A DNA stretch of 64,000 bases from the NCBI GenBank assembly GCA_002269645.1, contig NIVC01000199.1, positions 496,001-560,000 of the forward strand, in the 5' to 3' direction. The notes under the pieces are model-generated. The model saw only the letters and a program-made list of their open reading frames with translations. It was not told where the DNA came from and made no database searches. The stretch comes from Macrostomum lignano. Taxonomy: Eukaryota. This document shows, piece by piece, positions 62,437-64,000 of the stretch (the first letter of the stretch is position 1; each line of letters opens with the position of its first letter). The translations under genes and the position numbers were made by a program.

Positions 62437-62542
62437 CCCTGTCCAACTGCAAGCTGTGGGCCATAGACAGGCAGACATTCCAGTCCATCATGATGAAGAC
62501 GGGCCTGATGAAGCAGAAAGAATACACCAGCTTCCTTAGAAG
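62437..62542 (+). CDS. PRKG1: PKG exon 4; gene continues beyond the window
   Basis: ALSNCKLWAIDRQTFQSIMMKTGLMKQKEYTSFLR; acceptor CCGCAG|CC, donor AG|GTGCGA. Confidence 0.92.
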
Positions 62543-62884
62543 GTGCGAACTTTTTTCTCCTTTATTCCTCGTATTGATTGTTTTAAATAATATGCAAGCT
62601 TGAAGCGGAAAAATAATTAAAGATGTTTTACCTTTGAGTTGGCCTACCAGTTCAAATTTTGTCTCTAAATTTATTTGGTAACAACAGAGACATATGAGTA
62701 ATTGTTTATCTCCATCTCCCTCTTTGTTGCCTAATCGACCTGCTTATACGACTTTGGCTGCTCCTGTGCCCCATTGCAGCTTCTGTTCTCCTTGTCAATT
62801 TGATTCCGCTGCGATAAGAAAGAGTCACAACCTCATAGTGCGGTGAACTGTCTTTCATCTTTGCCACTTCTTATACAACTCCCT

Positions 62885-63140
62885 CTCTGTCTCCCTCTCT
62901 TACTCCATCTCCCTCCATCTGTATCTCCTTCTCCATCTCCCTCTTCATCTCCCTCTCCATCTCCCTCTCCATCTTCATCTCCCTCTCCATCTCCCTCTCT
63001 ATCTCCCTCTTTATCTCCATCTCCATCTCCCTCTCCATCTCCCTCTCCATCTTCCTCTTCCTCTCCATCTCCCTCTCCATCTTCCTCTCCCTCTCCATCT
63101 CCCTCTCTATCTCCCTCTTTATCTCCATCTCCATCTCCCT
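62885..63140. repeat. Pyrimidine-rich (CCATCT/CCCTCT)n hexamer repeat
   Basis: Visible directly. Confidence 0.85.
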
Positions 63141-63866
63141 CTTCATCTCCCCGTTCAGAATCTGTCTCCCCTCTCTTGCATATTCCTGTCATTCTGTCCG
63201 TCTCTCCAATTCCCCTCACATCTCCCACCCTGCGCTGTCGTTAATCCCCGCATATGTTTCTCCCCTAAATATCCCCTCTCCACAGTCCCATCCGCTACAC
63301 TGCGCCAGCACCAGATTGCACTAATCCCAAACTCAAGGTGAAAGAGACTTCGTCTTCCCAACAGACGATCGAGCTCAGCTTAGCCGTACTGTGTGAGCCA
63401 AGCAGTTCCAGGGCACTAAGGCGGGATTTGCAACCTGACCTGATGCTGAACCCCCCCCCAGCATCTTTTTAGTATCTGCATCTCCGCCGACAGGCAGGGC
63501 CATCCTCGCCTCTCGCTATCCTCCTCTTTTCTTCGCCCTCTATCGGCCATCACCGCGGCAGTATCGAGCCGAAGCAAAATGGCCTTCGCATTTATTAGTT
63601 ATTACACGGGAGCGGCTCCACCGCACTAACCTATAAAGCACTAGTTCCCTGCATGTAATCAAGCTTTCCCCTTTCTGCGGTCTGTACACCCCCCCCCCTG
63701 CAAGCAACTTTTTATTTCTCTTACCCCACTGCGCCGCGAAGAGAATGGGCATCATCTGCTTGTCCCGGGTTTTCTCCCCTTCCCCTCCCCTCTCCAGTTT
63801 CCCCTCCAACTGCTCTCTTCATCGACTGCTCGCTTCAAGTTCCTCAAGTCATGTTCAATGGGAATT

Positions 63867-64000
63867 AGTCAGTCAGTCAGTCAGTCAGTCAGTCAGTCAG
63901 TCAGTCAGTCAGTCAGTCAGTCAGTCAGTCAGTCAGTCAGTCAGTCAATCAGTCAGTCAGTCAGTCAGTCAGTCTGTCAGTCTGTCAGTCTGTCAGTCTG
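63867..64000. repeat. (AGTC)n microsatellite
   Basis: Visible directly; runs to the window end. Confidence 0.95.

Overview
Eukaryotic (invertebrate animal) genomic DNA: intron-containing genes with GT-AG splice sites, dense minisatellites and many transposons. No prokaryotic operons or CRISPR arrays. The style resembles the free-living flatworm Macrostomum, but the species is an unproven inference. Genes reconstructed by hand with phase-consistent splice junctions: the last exon of carboxypeptidase Q (3..350, +); a divergent 2-exon IRF (minus, 1153..2086); a 2-exon two-pore-domain K+ channel with an altered selectivity filter (minus, 4050..5889); a secreted PAN/apple + F-type (fucose) lectin (minus, 10139..11592); a 4-exon type II membrane FkbM-family methyltransferase (+, 33008..36609); and the 5' part of a cGMP-dependent protein kinase gene (+, 53654..>62542) with two alternative first exons resembling vertebrate PKG-I alpha and PKG-I beta. 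Between about 14 and 31.6 kb lies a mostly AT-rich transposon cluster. It holds a MULE-like element with a second TIR element inserted in its right TIR and a truncated LINE inside it, a hAT MITE, a MULE transposase relic, a 3.6 kb Chapaev/Transib-type element with a RAG1-like transposase and CACGGTG termini, and a solo LTR. A Gypsy relic (6.4-8.2 kb), tRNA-derived SINEs and over 20 distinct tandem arrays fill most of the rest. Most ORFs in the supplied track are repeat artefacts.
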